Below are positions 25,249 through 38,059 of a DNA stretch of 64,000 nt, piece by piece. Source of the stretch: Carpediemonas membranifera BICM (Eukaryota; Protista; Fornicata); contig JAHDYR010000053.1 of the NCBI GenBank assembly GCA_019828565.1, positions 98,214-162,213 on the forward strand, given 5' to 3'. Position 1 is the stretch's first letter, and each line of letters opens with the position of its first letter. Under the pieces are notes generated by a model. It was not told the DNA's origin, ran no database searches, and saw nothing but the letters and a program-made list of their open reading frames with translations. The position numbers were made by a program, and so were the translations under genes.

Positions 25249-26586
25249 CATGCTGTCTGGAGGGGGTGTATGGGTGGCAGTATACACCTACGGAACAGAG
25301 GGGCTCTGTCAAAAATGTCCGATTTAGAACGTCTTACTCTGGCACCATGTAGCCCCCTTCCTGATGCACCTTTGAGCACGTGCTTGGCCTGCGATAATTA
25401 CTTGGCGTCCCGTAAAGCCCAAAAATTAATCAAATCGTCATCAAATGCGAATTAAAGATGCTGATATTGCTCATGAAACGACTCTGCTGATCAGCTGGGA
25501 CTCTACGCGGCGATATGGCATGGCAAGTCTCTACACTTTGGAGACAATTCGGTCCCATGGTTCCTACCTTGACCCACGTTGTCTCGCGCGCGCGAGGGAC
25601 TCACTAAAAGGATATATCAACACTGGGAGCAGAAAAAAAGGCACGGCGAGATGCAGGCGCTGTTGCTGAGCTCATTTTCCGGATAAGACCCGTTTTTGTC
25701 ACCTCAACCCATTCATATTGGCGGCTGTTGCTTCGTTTTTGATCAAATCAAATGGAAACCAAAACGAGATCCGGGAAACGAGGATGATTGGGAGAGATAG
25801 ACACATCATAAGGTCTTTAATATAGTAATGCACCGTCAATGAGAAGTTCTTGGTTCCTGAAATGGATTATTGATCCCAAACGCTTTTCTTTGAGGATAAT
25901 GCACTTATAGCGGTGATTTCCACACAATTCATCCAAATACTGATCAAAACATCAGAACTGCAAGTAAAATGGGTATAGATCGTTTATCCACGGAGAAATC
26001 AATTGCTCCCAATCCCAGCTTGCAAGAAAAAAAGTTAAGGGGGCTGTATTGGGGCTTGCACTGATATCTCTATATATGCCGACACAGTCACTGGGCTGCC
26101 CATCACTGAACAGCTCTAGCCCAATACAAAAACTTGAGGGCTCGAAGTTTTGGCCTTCTCGGAAAAGGGTGGCGGAACGCTGCAACACTACAATGCTAAT
26201 GGACAGAGGGGAGGAAGTGGTCCACTGGTATGTCCTATGGGTCGCTTCTTCCCCTCTGTCCATTTTTACACGATATCGATTTGCCGGATTTGACACATGT
26301 TGTGCGATCTTTAACTCCTCGCGTCCAACCACCTCTCCCAAACGATCTGCAAGATCGACCAGCCCTGGATCACTTGGGCCTGCCTCCGTGCCCGGCCTGT
26401 TGCGATCAATGATGGTGATTACTTGCAACGAACGCGATCACCGGAAATTACCTTACCTTACCTTACCTGCAGGTACCATGGGTGTTCGTTTTCGTCTCCA
26501 AACGCCATGGTGTAAGAGCATAAAAGTGCATTTTCTGTTTACTGTGCCGTTGGGGATTGATGGCGCTGGCGTAGGGGTGCTGTGTG

Positions 26587-28862
26587 GGCGCCAGGGATGA
26601 CGGCGCCAGGGATGAGACGCCAGGGATGAGGGAGCCAAGATGAGGGCGCCAGGGATGAGGCGCCAGGGATGAGGCGCCAGGATGAGGGGAGCCAAGATGA
26701 GGGGCGCCAGGGATGAGGGGCGCCAGGGATGAGCGCCAGGGATGAGGCGCCAGGGATGAGGCCTTAGGGATGAGGGAGCCAAGATGAGGGCGCCAGGATG
26801 AGGCGCCAGGGATGACGGCGCCAGGGATGACGGCGCCAGGATGAGGCGCCAGGATGAGGGAGCCAAGATGAGGGCGCCAGGGATGAGGCGCCAGGGATGA
26901 GCGCCAGGGATGAGAGCGCCAGGATGAGGGAGCCAAGATGAGGGCGCCAGGGATGAGGGCGCCAGGGATGAGGGCGCCAGGGATGAGGCGCCAGGGATGA
27001 GGCGCCAGGGATGAGGCGCCAGGGATGAAAGGAGCGCCAGGGATGAGGCCAAGGGATGAGGCGCCAGGGATGAGGCGCCAGGGATGAGGCGCCAGGGATG
27101 AGGCGCCAGGGATGAGGCGCCAGGGATGACGGCGCCAGGATGAGGGCGCCAGGATGAGGGCGCCAGGATGAGGCGCCAGGGATGACGGCGCCAGGATGAG
27201 GGCGCCAGGGATGAGGGAGCCAAGATGAGGGCGCCAGGATGAGGCGCCAGGGATGACGGCGCCAGGGATGAGAGCGCCAGGGATGAGAGCGCCAGGGATG
27301 AGGCGCCAGGATGAGGAGCGCCAGGGATGAGGCGCCAGGGATGACGGCGCCAGGGATGAGACGCCAGGGATGAGAGAGCGCCAAGATGAGGGCGCCAGGG
27401 ATGAGGCGCCAGGGATGAGGCGCCAGGGATGAGGCGCCAGGGATGACGGCGCCAGGGATGAGACGCCAGGGATGAGGGCGCCAGGGATGAGGGGCGCCAG
27501 GGATGAGGCGCCAGGGATGAGCGCCAGGGATGAGGCGCGCCAGGGATGAGGCGCGCCAGGGATGAGGCGCCAGGGATGAGAGCGCCAGGGATGAGGGCGC
27601 CAGGGATGAGACGGCGCCAGGGATGAGGCGCCAGGGATGAGGCGCCAGGGATGAGGCGCCAGGGATGAGCGGCGCCAGGGATGAGGCCAAGATGAGGGAC
27701 GCCAGGGATGAGCGCCAGGATGAGGGCGCCAGGATGAGGAGCGCCAGGGATGAGGAGCCAAGATGAGGGCGCCAGGGATGAGGCGCCAGGGATGAGGCGC
27801 CAGAGGATGAGGGCAGGATGGGGGCCAGGGATGAGAGGGACGCCAGGGATGAAGGAGGATGACGCCAGGGATGAGGGGAGCGCCAGGGATGAGGCGCCAG
27901 GATGAGGGCGCCAGGGATGAGGAGCATGCGCCAGGGATGAGGGAGCCAAGATGAGGGCGCCAGGGATGAGGCGCCAGGGATGAGAGCGCCAGGGATGAGG
28001 CGCCAGGGATGAGGGAGCCAAGATGGGGCATGGGGATGAGGCGCCAGGGATGAGCGCCAGGGATGAGGGCGCCAGGGATGAGGCGCCAGGGATGAGGGCG
28101 CCAGGGATGAGGGGCGCCAGGGATGAGACGGCGCCAGGGATGAGGGAGCCAGAGATGAGGGCGCCAGGGATGAGGGCCTCAGGGATGAGGCGCCAGGGGA
28201 TGAGCGCAGGATGAGGCGCCAGGGATGAGGCGCCAGGGATGAGGAGCGCCAGGATGAGGGAGCCAAGATGAGGAGGGCGCCAGGGATGAGGGCGCCAGGG
28301 ATGAGGGGCGCAGGGATGAGAGCGCCAGGGATGAGGGAGCGCCAGGGATGAGCGCCAGGGATGAGGGAGCCAAGATGGAGGCGCCAGGGATGAGGAGCCA
28401 AGATGAGGGCGCCAGGGATGAGGCGCCAGGGATGAGGCGCCAGGGATGACAGCGCCAGGGATGAGAGCGCCAGGATGAGGGAGCCAAGATGAGGGCGCCA
28501 GGGATGAGGCGCCAGGGATGAGGCGCCAGGGATGAGGCGCTCAGGGATGGAGGCGCCAGGGATGAGGGGCCAGGATGAGCAGGGATGAGGGAGCCAGGGA
28601 TGAGGCGCCAGGGATGAGGGCGCCAGGGATGAGGGCGCCAGGGATGAGGCGCCAGGGATGAGGGCGCCAGGGATGAGGGCGCCAGGGATGAGCGCCAGGG
28701 ATGAGGGCGCCAAGGGATGAGGCGCCAGGGATGAGGCGCAGGGATGAGCGCTAGGGATGAGGCGCCAGGGATGAGGAGCGCCAGGATGAGGGCGCCAGGG
28801 ATGAGGCGCCAGGGATGACGGCGCCAGGGATGAGCGCCAGGATGAGGGCGCCAGGGATGAGG
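26587..28862 (+). repeat. Expanded G-rich minisatellite (~2.3 kb)
   Basis: Same unit as 12035-12492. Confidence 0.97.
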
Positions 28863-28874
28863 AGTACAGTATTT

Positions 28875-29218
28875 GAACCCCGAAAACGCCATATTACCAG
28901 CACCAATGAGCTTCATCAACGAAGATGCGCTCACTGGTGCCGGTTATGGCGTTTTCGGGGTTCGTCGATCATTCTGCTCCCAAATCTGCACCTGTATTTT
29001 CGTGAGCATGCCCGGGAGCTGGGCCAGACGAGTGGTGCCACAGGGACTAAGCTCCGCTGCTCAGCCTCTGCCAGGCGACACTCGTCTGAATTCTGCACGA
29101 AAAAATTCAGACGACGAATGATGGGCAAAGGGCCGCGAAAACGCTGAAGTACCAGCGCAAGTAGAGCGGTTTGCAATAAAATAGCTTACTTGCGCTGGTG
29201 CTGGCGTTTTCGGGGCCC
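28875..29218. other. Twin hairpins, copy 2
   Basis: Near-identical to 12505-12848. Confidence 0.9.
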
Positions 29219-29225
29219 TGAATTG

Positions 29226-29800
29226 CCCCGGGCGCTCTCCCGGGCTTCTCTCTCCCGGGCTTCTCTCCCCCGGGCGCTCTCCCGGGCTCCTCTCCCCCGG
29301 GCTCCTCTCTCCCGGGCGCTCTCCCGGGCTTCTCTCTCCCGGGCTTCTCTCTCCCGCGCTCTTCTCCCCGGGCGCTCTCCCCGGGCTCTCTCTCCCGGGC
29401 TCCTCTCCCCGAGCTCTCTCCCCGGGCGCTCTCGCTCTCCCGGGCTCCTCTCTCGCGCTCTTCTCCCCGGGCGCTCTCCCGGGCTCCTCTCTCCGCTCTT
29501 CTCCCCGGACTCCCGGGATCTCTCTCGGGCTCGTCTCCCCGACGTCTCTCCCGGGCTCTCGGCTCTCTCCCGGAGCTCTCGATCTCTCCCGGCGCTCTCT
29601 CCCGGGATGCTCTCCCGGCTCTCTCTCCCGCGCTCTTCTCCCCCGGGCGCTCTCCGGGCTCTTCTCCCGGGCGCTCTCCCCGGGCTCCTCTCCCCCGGGC
29701 TCCTCTCCCCCGGGCTCCTCTCTCCCGGGCTCCTCTCTCCCGGGCTCTATCCTCCGGGGCTCCTGTCCCCAGCGCTGTTTCCCAGGCGCTCTGCTCTCTC
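29226..29800 (+). repeat. C-rich minisatellite, copy 2
   Basis: Tandem CTCTCCCGGG variants. Confidence 0.95.
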
Positions 29801-30811
29801 CAGCGTCCTCACTCGTAAATGTACGTTGCTGTCTTGTCTGCTTGATCTGATTTCATTTAGTGTGCACTTTAGGGGATAGTTTCATTGCAACGCCAAAATG
29901 GCGAGTTCAGGTTGTAGCAATGATCTGATGCGCGGAATGTACTAGAAAACATTGCAATTACAACGCAAAGCAGCGAAAAGCGGAGAAATCAACATCAATA
30001 ACAACATCAACACCAAAAGAACAGTATCCCAAAGAATTGTGGGCGTTGCTGCGCCAAAGAGCAATAAATGACCACAAAGCATTCGCTTATGCACAATTAG
30101 CTGCCAGAAAGAACACTACACCGTTACTTTGGATCATTCCAGTTCGCCGGAGATGACGCAGGTCCAGAACGCTGCCTTGGAGGGCTGGTGAAGCGGTTGT
30201 GTAGCGCTTACTCGCCTGGCCTTTGGGGCTCTCTCAACATCCTTCCAGACTACTGCATTGTCATTCACCGGAGGAGCAGGCCAGAGTCACTTGCCATCTG
30301 GCGCATCATGAGGAGATATTGGAATGTGATGATGTGTTTATTGACTAAATGAGCTGGAATTAGGCGGGTTTGATGTTGCTTACATGTTCTGTGGCATGCC
30401 TGATGTCCAAAGATGTATTTTTGGCACAGTGATGTTGTTTAGTGTGCTCATTGCTGACCGCGTAGTTATCTGACTTCAATGTGTCGTGTTGGTGCCAAGA
30501 AATCGATGGTAGCTCGCACGTTTGAGGTAGTTGCTTGTTGCATCGATGCAACGCACTTTAAGGATTAACCACCTGCACCCCATAGCCGTTTCCTAAGGCC
30601 AGATACGGTCCTCTGTAGCGTATATACACGCGTGAATTGGGACTAGATGGGACTAGATGCAGTGTTGTGGCATGCCCGGTCTAGCTGAATCCACAAATGT
30701 GGATCGGCTCGGGCTGCCGGTTGGATAGGTGGCCTGCTCTGGACTTATGGCTGGAGATACAGTTGGCAGGTAGTTGACTCGTACATGCTCATATGGACAA
30801 CCGACGGCCAT

Positions 30812-32198
30812 TTACTTCTGGTGCTTTTCCTGCTCTCTCTTCTTCATCAGGTCGTCATACTCGGCCCTCGTCAGCCTCACAGTTGTCATCCCGGCATCAC
30901 GGATGTGCTCAAAGGCCTCAATGGGCAGCTTCGGCATCCCGTCGTCGCTGTCGCTGCTGCTGCCCAAGTCTGACTCGCTCTCGTGATAGCGGCGAAGGCG
31001 AATGCGTCTGCTGGGCTCCCTGGTCTTCATAGCGTCATAGAGCGGAGCGAGCCCACTTCCATTGGCCCCGCTACGGACACCCTCATCGGTATCTCTCTCA
31101 GACATATCACACTCAACCTGTTGTGACTGAACAAATGACAGGTTGTCGACGAGGCTATCCTCGGCATCGCTGTCTGAACTCTCCTCATCCTCCCACTCTC
31201 CTTCCAGCATCTCCAACCCGGCCTCATCGTCAGACTCGCCCTCCACCGCGGTCTCCGGCATCTCTGCCTCGCCAGCTGTCTCGTCAAACAGCGCCTCATC
31301 GTCAGACTCCCCTCCCCCGTGTCGTCCCCCTCGGGCTTACGCTGGTCGTGGAGCTGGACCATCCTCATCCTGAGCTTTTTTGTAAAGCCAGTCATCGAGC
31401 GTCGGCGGCACCAGGTCGGCAGAGCTTCGGATCTCCGGGTTGAGATCGAGGATCGTTGGGCGTCGCGTGGTCGTTAAGTGACTGGACGCCAACTGGCGCC
31501 TGAACTGCTCATCGGTCAGGCTGATGCGCTTGTCCTTAATGACCTTACGAACCTTGGTCGGATCCCTGGGCCTGCCCGTCCGTCTCTGTGTCTCAATCAC
31601 CCGCTTCTTGAGCTGATTGAGATCGACATGCACAGTGGGCGCATAGCGAAGCTGGTTAACACTCAGCCCGACCGACTTGAGAGCCTGCGAGAAGGTGCTA
31701 GGCATCACAGCGGACATCGCGGATGGTGCCCCGGTGAATAGCAACCAGTCAGCGAGTTCCGGGGAATCTGGAGCTCGCTCCATCAATATCGCGGGCTGAT
31801 GTGGCAGTCATGCCTGTGTGGCTGATGATAAGAGCCAGCGCATTGTAGGGGAAGACTAGTCGGACAATAGCTTCCAATGCGACAGGCTCAAACTGCCCAA
31901 GCGGCTTGACATTGTCTCTGCCGGAGTTTCGGAATGAGTTGACGGCACTGAGAGTGACAGCAGCGGTTGCCTTGTTCAATGATGCAGCAAAACCGGGCAC
32001 AAGCGATCTAACCTCCTCGGACCGGATCACGGAGAGCGCTTCGTCCTCGGTACTCCCTCGCTCACGTTGTACGAATTGAACGAACCGCGAAAGGTTGCTT
32101 GCGGCCGCTTTCCGGGAAGATTTCTTGCTGATGGTGCACAACCAAGCATTCTTTACAGCTTCCATGGTTGTTTCCATCTCCTGCGGGCTTCCTTCCAT
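30812..32198 (-). pseudogene. Frameshifted tyrosine-recombinase-like gene lacking catalytic residues, with an acidic tail
   Basis: Core-binding-like helices (NLSRFVQF...TAAVTLSAVNSF), box-I-like LIISHTGMT (R->T) and box-II-like LKSVGLSVNQLR (H->N). Confidence 0.45.
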
Positions 32199-33435
32199 CG
32201 ATATACGGATTTCAGACTTTCGTCATGCACAAAAATTCGAATCTCTCCAAATGCCCAAAACAGTGGTCAAACCGTGTTCAGGGGTACAAAAGAGTGCCAT
32301 AGGCACGTTCTTGCATTTCAAAATATTCTAGAGGTCGTTCATAAATTCTCAGATGGCTAACAGTACGAAAGTCTGAAATCCATTTATCATGAGACCCGAC
32401 AAATTTGAAATCCATTTATCGGGTGGATACATCACTGTAGAGGGTATTCATGGATATAGGTGCCTTTTCGGTGCCGAGGGGAGTCAAAATTTGAGGTCGT
32501 GCAGGCAGAAAGTCTGAATTCCGTTTATCTCACCACTGCTTAGTGTTCATGGCAGACAACGGCTTCCTGGCGACGCCTGAGGTGTAAGGATTCGCTTGCC
32601 TCTGTGTTGTCGCATCAGCTTCGCTGAAAACGGGTGAACTGACCCGCGCATTCGCGCACTTTATGCTCGCAACGAGACCGAAATGACGAACTGAAGAATA
32701 GGAAGAATACTGGCGGCTTTAACGTAGTAGGCATGTGCACAACACTAAGAAACATCAGTAAGCGGGCGCAGAGCATCATTAAAGCAACAATAATCCCTAA
32801 ACAACATCAATCATCATAAGTCCATCAGGACCATACGATATGAACAATAAATGAACCACAGAGCAGTATAGATGATTTGAGAGTACCAGGCATGGCCAGA
32901 ATACCGCAATTATCGTCCGTTCATCCACGTGACCTCCATCTTGGTCGGTATCCAGAGAACGCCCGTCAGACGCTTGCAACGGAACATTTAGGGGGTGCAT
33001 CCTAAATGGGTCCAGATTTGAGGGACCCTTGGTCTGACATGCCATGACCGAGCACTCTAGGGGCCTCCACAGTGCGTCCCGAGGTACGTTAGAGCACCAC
33101 AGACCTTCCCCCAAAAGCTGACTCCTGGACCCCTTGGCCGGAGCTCGCCCGAAGCGTGCCTCGGCTTGAACTAACGGCAAGAGAGCATAAAATCAGCCCT
33201 TTCGAACCGTGTTTTTATGCTCTGCTGCCGTTATAGAATTATTCAAAGGGCCCTCTCTTTGCGCTTTTTTTCTGGTTCGTGGGACGAAGTAGGGACGGAC
33301 AAAAAAAGCACATACGGAAGGTATTGGAGGTACTGAGGCCGCCTAGGTACATAGTTGCCGTGTGGATGGTTTCAGTTTATTACTTTTGGCACTCTATGTC
33401 CATTTTTTTATGCTCTCTTGCTGATAGTGCCGAAC

Positions 33436-35188
33436 ATGGACTTGCTAAAGTGGATTGAGAGCGCTAGCAAGGAACAGTACGATGCGATATTGGCTGCATA
33501 CACCAAGGCAACCACCAATCATGCCAAATGTGCTGTCCTTCGCGCGGTTTTGCTGGATGAACGGAAACTGCTCGATCTAGTGATCAGGAAGCGTTTGTAG
33601 TCATAGCAATGCTTATATAGGAATCAACCTGAACCATATCACCACGAAATTCCGCCTCACGAAGGACGAGAAGGAGGAGCTCCAGGATAAGTTGAAGAAG
33701 CAGTTTATGGCACTCGCCGGACCAAGAAGTTCCAAGAAGCTCGGCGCGCTGGCGAAGTGGGTTGACGACAACCAGGCTGATATCGTGTATAGCCAGGAGA
33801 AGCGCAAGGCGCGTAAGGCCATTATTGAGGCCATTGACGCCGAGGAGAAGGACAAGGGCAAGGGCAAGGCCGAGAGCGCTAAGAAAGAACCCGTCGACGA
33901 TGAGAGTGGCGTGGACAGTGGTGAAGAGAGCGGCGTCGACGATTCTGAGTTGTGCGACAGTGAGAGTGAGGTGGACTTTGACAACGAGTCCGACGATGAG
34001 ATTAGAGAACGCGCGATCAAGCGCCGGCGCGAGAGAAAGATCGCCCAGAAGCTCAAGGAGTGGGAGGACAATAACGCTCGCAACTACGTCCTGTGGCATA
34101 GAGTCCAGAAGGAGGTGCACGGCGAGCTTCGCATTCGCGCCTCTCGAGAGTCAGCTTCGGTTGCTGGGGACAACCACGTCGACGTCCAGTTCGACAGATA
34201 CCTTCGCGTATCCAAGCTGCTCGAAATGAAGGACTGGATTCACAAAGACCTCCCATCTCTTCCGATGGAGGCACGAGTGCTCCATCACAAGGCGCAGAAG
34301 AGAGTACTCGAGCTGGAGGAGGCCGTCACGAGGCTGCTGCAAGACGTGGGGTACGCAGCTGACATCTCCATGGGTGCCAGCCCGACACCCGCGCCGTTTC
34401 GCCGCGACCTACCCCAGTCGGGCACACACCAAGCACGAACGAGTACCCCCCGCCGTACGGGGAAGAGCGACACAATCCACATGAAGCGCAAGGCCCTCAT
34501 GACAATCCCTCAGAAGATCGCTGATGTCGATAACAACTCAGAGGAGTCAGACGAGGAGGAGATGGTGACAGAGGAGAAGAAGCGCGAGGCACACGAGGAG
34601 GTGGTGACAGAGGAGAGGAAGGGTGAGTCACATGAGGAGGACGTGACCAAATGCGACGCCTGCATCCAGACTGAGCCGGAGACTCAGACTCGCATCACCT
34701 CTGAGGCCGCGGTGCAGACGTGCATCAACGCGGAGGCTCTCACGGCTGGCTGTGCCGCGATTCATGTCAAGAGTGACGGCAACTGCGTTGCATATTGTCT
34801 CCAAGCCATTGAGTTGGGTGGCAGAGTTGATGGCGACTTCGAAAGGTGGCAGCGTGGCCTCTGCCAGTCAGTGAAGGCCAAGTACTGGTCTAAGAAGAAT
34901 TTCACGGAGCGTAGCCTGACAGATCCGGACTCCGGCTACTATAACTCGAACGCCATCCGAGTCTGGGCGAGGAAACAGAAGCGGAACATCCTTGTTGTCC
35001 AGTCATACGACGGATACAACGGCATGCAAGGCATCTCCGCCATCTTATACCTGTTTGATGGCACCACCATGCTTGCACCCGATGCAGACTTGTGGGGGTT
35101 GACAGATAATTTCGCTATTGTCATCGAAGGCGATCCGGCTCACGCCACGCTGTACCAGAAGAAGTGCGAGGTCGTTGAGATTGAATAA
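33436..35188 (+). CDS. Intact OTU-domain protein gene; exon 1 33436-33592, 28-nt intron 33593-33620, exon 2 33621-35188
   Basis: Splicing GTTTGT..TATAG joins MDLLKW.. in frame to the 33692-35188 ORF; DGNC and HAT motifs present. Confidence 0.75.
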
Positions 35189-35960
35189 AGATTTGGATAT
35201 GCCCGTGTAGCCAGCGGTTCATGACCTGCAGCAGACATTTGGACGTACAGCGGGATACCACATCAATTAGGTCACTTGCGGGCTAAGATTGTCGTTGTCG
35301 ATCGTCATTCACCGGAGGAGCAGGCCAGAGTCACTTGCCATCTGGCGCATCATGAGGAGATATTGGAATGTGATGATGTGTTTATTGACTAAATGAGCTG
35401 GAATTAGGCGAGTTTGATGTTGCTTACATGTTCTGTGGCATGCCTGATGTCCAAAGATGTATTTTTGGCACAGTGATGTTGTTTAGTGTGCTCATTGCTG
35501 ACCGCGTAGTTATCTGACTTCAATGTGTCGTGTTGGTGCCAAGAAATCGATGGTAGCTCGCACGTTTGAGGTAGTTGCTTGTTGCATCGATGCAACGCAC
35601 TTTAAGGATTAACCACCTGCACCCCATAGCCGTTTCCTAAGGCCAGATACGGTCCTCTGTAGCGTATATACACGCGTGAATTGGGACTAGATGGGACTAG
35701 ATGCAGTGTTGTGGCATGATCTGCAAGATCGACCAGCCCCTGGATCACTTGGGCCTGCCTCCGTGCCCGGCCTGTTGCGATCAATGATGGTGATTACTTG
35801 CAACGAACGCGATCACCGGAAATTACCTTACCTTACCTTACCTGCAGGTACCATGGGTGTTCGTTTTCGTCTCCAAACGCCATGGTGTAAGAGCATAAAG
35901 TGCATTTTCTGTTTACTGTGCCGTTGGGGATTGATGGCGCTGGCGTAGGGGTGCTGTGTG

Positions 35961-36345
35961 GGCGCCAGGGATGAGACGCCAGGGATGAGGGCGCCAGGAT
36001 GAGGCGCCAGGGATGAGACGCCAGGGATGAGGGCGCCAGGATGAGGCGCCAGGGATGAGGAGTACAGTATTTGAACCCCGAAAACGCCATATTACCAGCA
36101 CCAATGAGCTTCATCAACGAAGATGCGCTCACTGGTGCCGGTTATGGCGTTTTCGGGGTTCGTCGATCATTCTGCTCCCAAATCTGCACCTGTATTTTCG
36201 TGAGCATGCCCGGGAGCTGGGCCAGACGAGTGGTGCCACAGGGACTAAGCTCCGCTGCTCAGCCTCTGCCAGGCGACACTCGTCTGAATTCTGCACGAAA
36301 AAAATTCAGACGACGAATGATGGGCAAAGGGCCGCGAAAACGCTG
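35961..36345 (+). repeat. Short G-rich minisatellite (~100 bp) plus hairpin 1 (36073-36161); module truncated within hairpin 2
   Basis: Near-identical to 12035-12776 apart from repeat copy number. Confidence 0.9.
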
Positions 36346-37251
36346 ATATCAGTCTCACACCCTCCCTTCATGCGTATAGTCTGCTTCTCAGCGTTTGAAC
36401 AGAGCTCACAGACGGTGAACGTCTTGTCATTGTTGTTCTTGTCCTTGCGAGTGACCGTCGAAAAGCTATCATCCTCTGTGTCGGAACTAGCCCCGCGACA
36501 CCTCACAGATTCTGTGGACGAACCTGTGGCAGAAGTCGCACTCTAAGACAGTTTCGTCTGTTCTACCGTCAACGAAGAAGAGGCCACGTAAGTCTGCGCA
36601 GTAAGGGCAACACTTGCGGAGGCTGTTCTTCCACATCTTGGCAGTGCTGCCCATGAAGTATTCCGCGTCGGAAGCGCCTGGGTTCGTGTTCCTAAACTGC
36701 TCAGTCATGTGGTTCATGGCCTCAATCATCTCAGCGACGTTGGCACCGTTGACTGACGAAGCTTGCATTGCACGCGTGGAGTCAACGGACATAGTGGGCT
36801 GCTCAGCGGTCTGAACAGTGGGGTGGGGGGTGGGGACGGCAGGATTGCGGCGCGGCTGGCACACCCGGAAGGCTCTTTGGGAGCTGTCGAGCTTGGAATT
36901 TCGCAAATGATCAATTTCAGCGTCAGTGAGGGTTACAAGCTGGCTGAGTCCGGCTATCAATGCGGCACGCCCTGTATCTGTCGCGTGAATTCCTTGGTAG
37001 ATGCCCTTCGTGTTAGGAGAGAGTTTGCGGCCAGCAAGGTTCTCGATAGCCTTGGGTACTGACCTCATGAAGTCCTACTTGCGCGGCATGCGCTCTAGAA
37101 TAGTTTTTGGGAGGATTGCAAGGATTGCATCCGCGATGGAGCGACAATCGCATTTCGTGCTTCTCTCTTCCCAACGATAGCATGTTGCGATGATTGTGTG
37201 CACAATATCACGCACAGTATCTCTTGAAAGCCGCTCCTGGTCTTCTACCAT
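36346..37251 (-). pseudogene. PHD-finger-like protein gene (one in-frame TAG, one frameshift)
   Basis: CPYC...LECDFCHRFVHRIC...FTVCELC gives a C4HC3 pattern. The upstream in-frame ORF from ATG 37251 is interrupted by a TAG near 37075. Confidence 0.55.
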
Positions 37252-38059
37252 ACTGCCCCCCTTTTGTGGGGGTGTAAAAAAACTGAGTGCAGTTTTAAGT
37301 TGGAAATGGAATCCTACAGGTATAGAGACTATTACGAAGAGATAGGAACCATTATAGCTGCAATTGATGCAATATTAGCGCATCCAGGACTGTGGGCGGT
37401 AGCAGAGCGTGTTGGAATGGATAGATTAGCAAGAGCGAAGGACTTACTCAATATAGAGCAAGAAAGGGCCAAATGCGGGATTCCGCCATCAAGTTCAGAA
37501 GAGTACAGTGATTCACAGTAAACCGTAGCGATCTATTGAGTTATATTCAGTTCTGGCCATGTTCGGCTTTTTCCGGAATGTCAAAAATTTGACACGTCCA
37601 TTTCGCTTAAATTGCTGATTGCCAACGCTAGACCAGACATGCCAGGCTGTAGTACACGTGCTATACTACAACGTGGTGGTTCTGGTTTGCCGTTGGCAAT
37701 CAGCAATTTCGAGAACAGACAAACTTCTTTTGCGATTTTTGCAACTTCTGGAGCATATATCATTTGGTACAGACCCAGCCACGCAATAAAAACGCATAGC
37801 GTGGCTTACCATGGTCGGAACTATCCTAAAAAAGTTTGCGGTAAATATTGAGTAAATATTTAATATAGATCTCGAGATTTAACGTCCCTTAGGTAGCCCT
37901 TGGATGCAAACATCCGCCCAGTAAATTTCGCTGTACAGCTCTAGCCCAAGACAAAAATATGAGGGCTCGAAGTTTTGGCCTTCTCAGAAAAAGGTGGCAG
38001 TATACTGCTACTTTTCTTTGCTTGAGTAGCTGTATTACACCCCCTCCAGACAGCATGAT

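Larger units (their letters stand above)
25249..38057. mobile_element. T2: 12.8-kb non-autonomous CMC-like DNA transposon
   Basis: 22-bp perfect TIR CATGCTGTCTGGAGGGGGTGTA; 2-bp TSD AT; removal restores the RT of A. Confidence 0.93.

Noticed and set aside
26453-28934. Long ORFs across the minisatellites (also 11902-12564, 45209-46107 and 46028-47757)
   Set aside because: They are open in several frames only because the repeat units lack stop codons, and copy number varies without preserving frame.
37060-37090. In-frame TAG as evidence of a TAR=Gln genetic code
   Set aside because: Long ORFs contain no internal TAA/TAG and several genes end properly at TAA.
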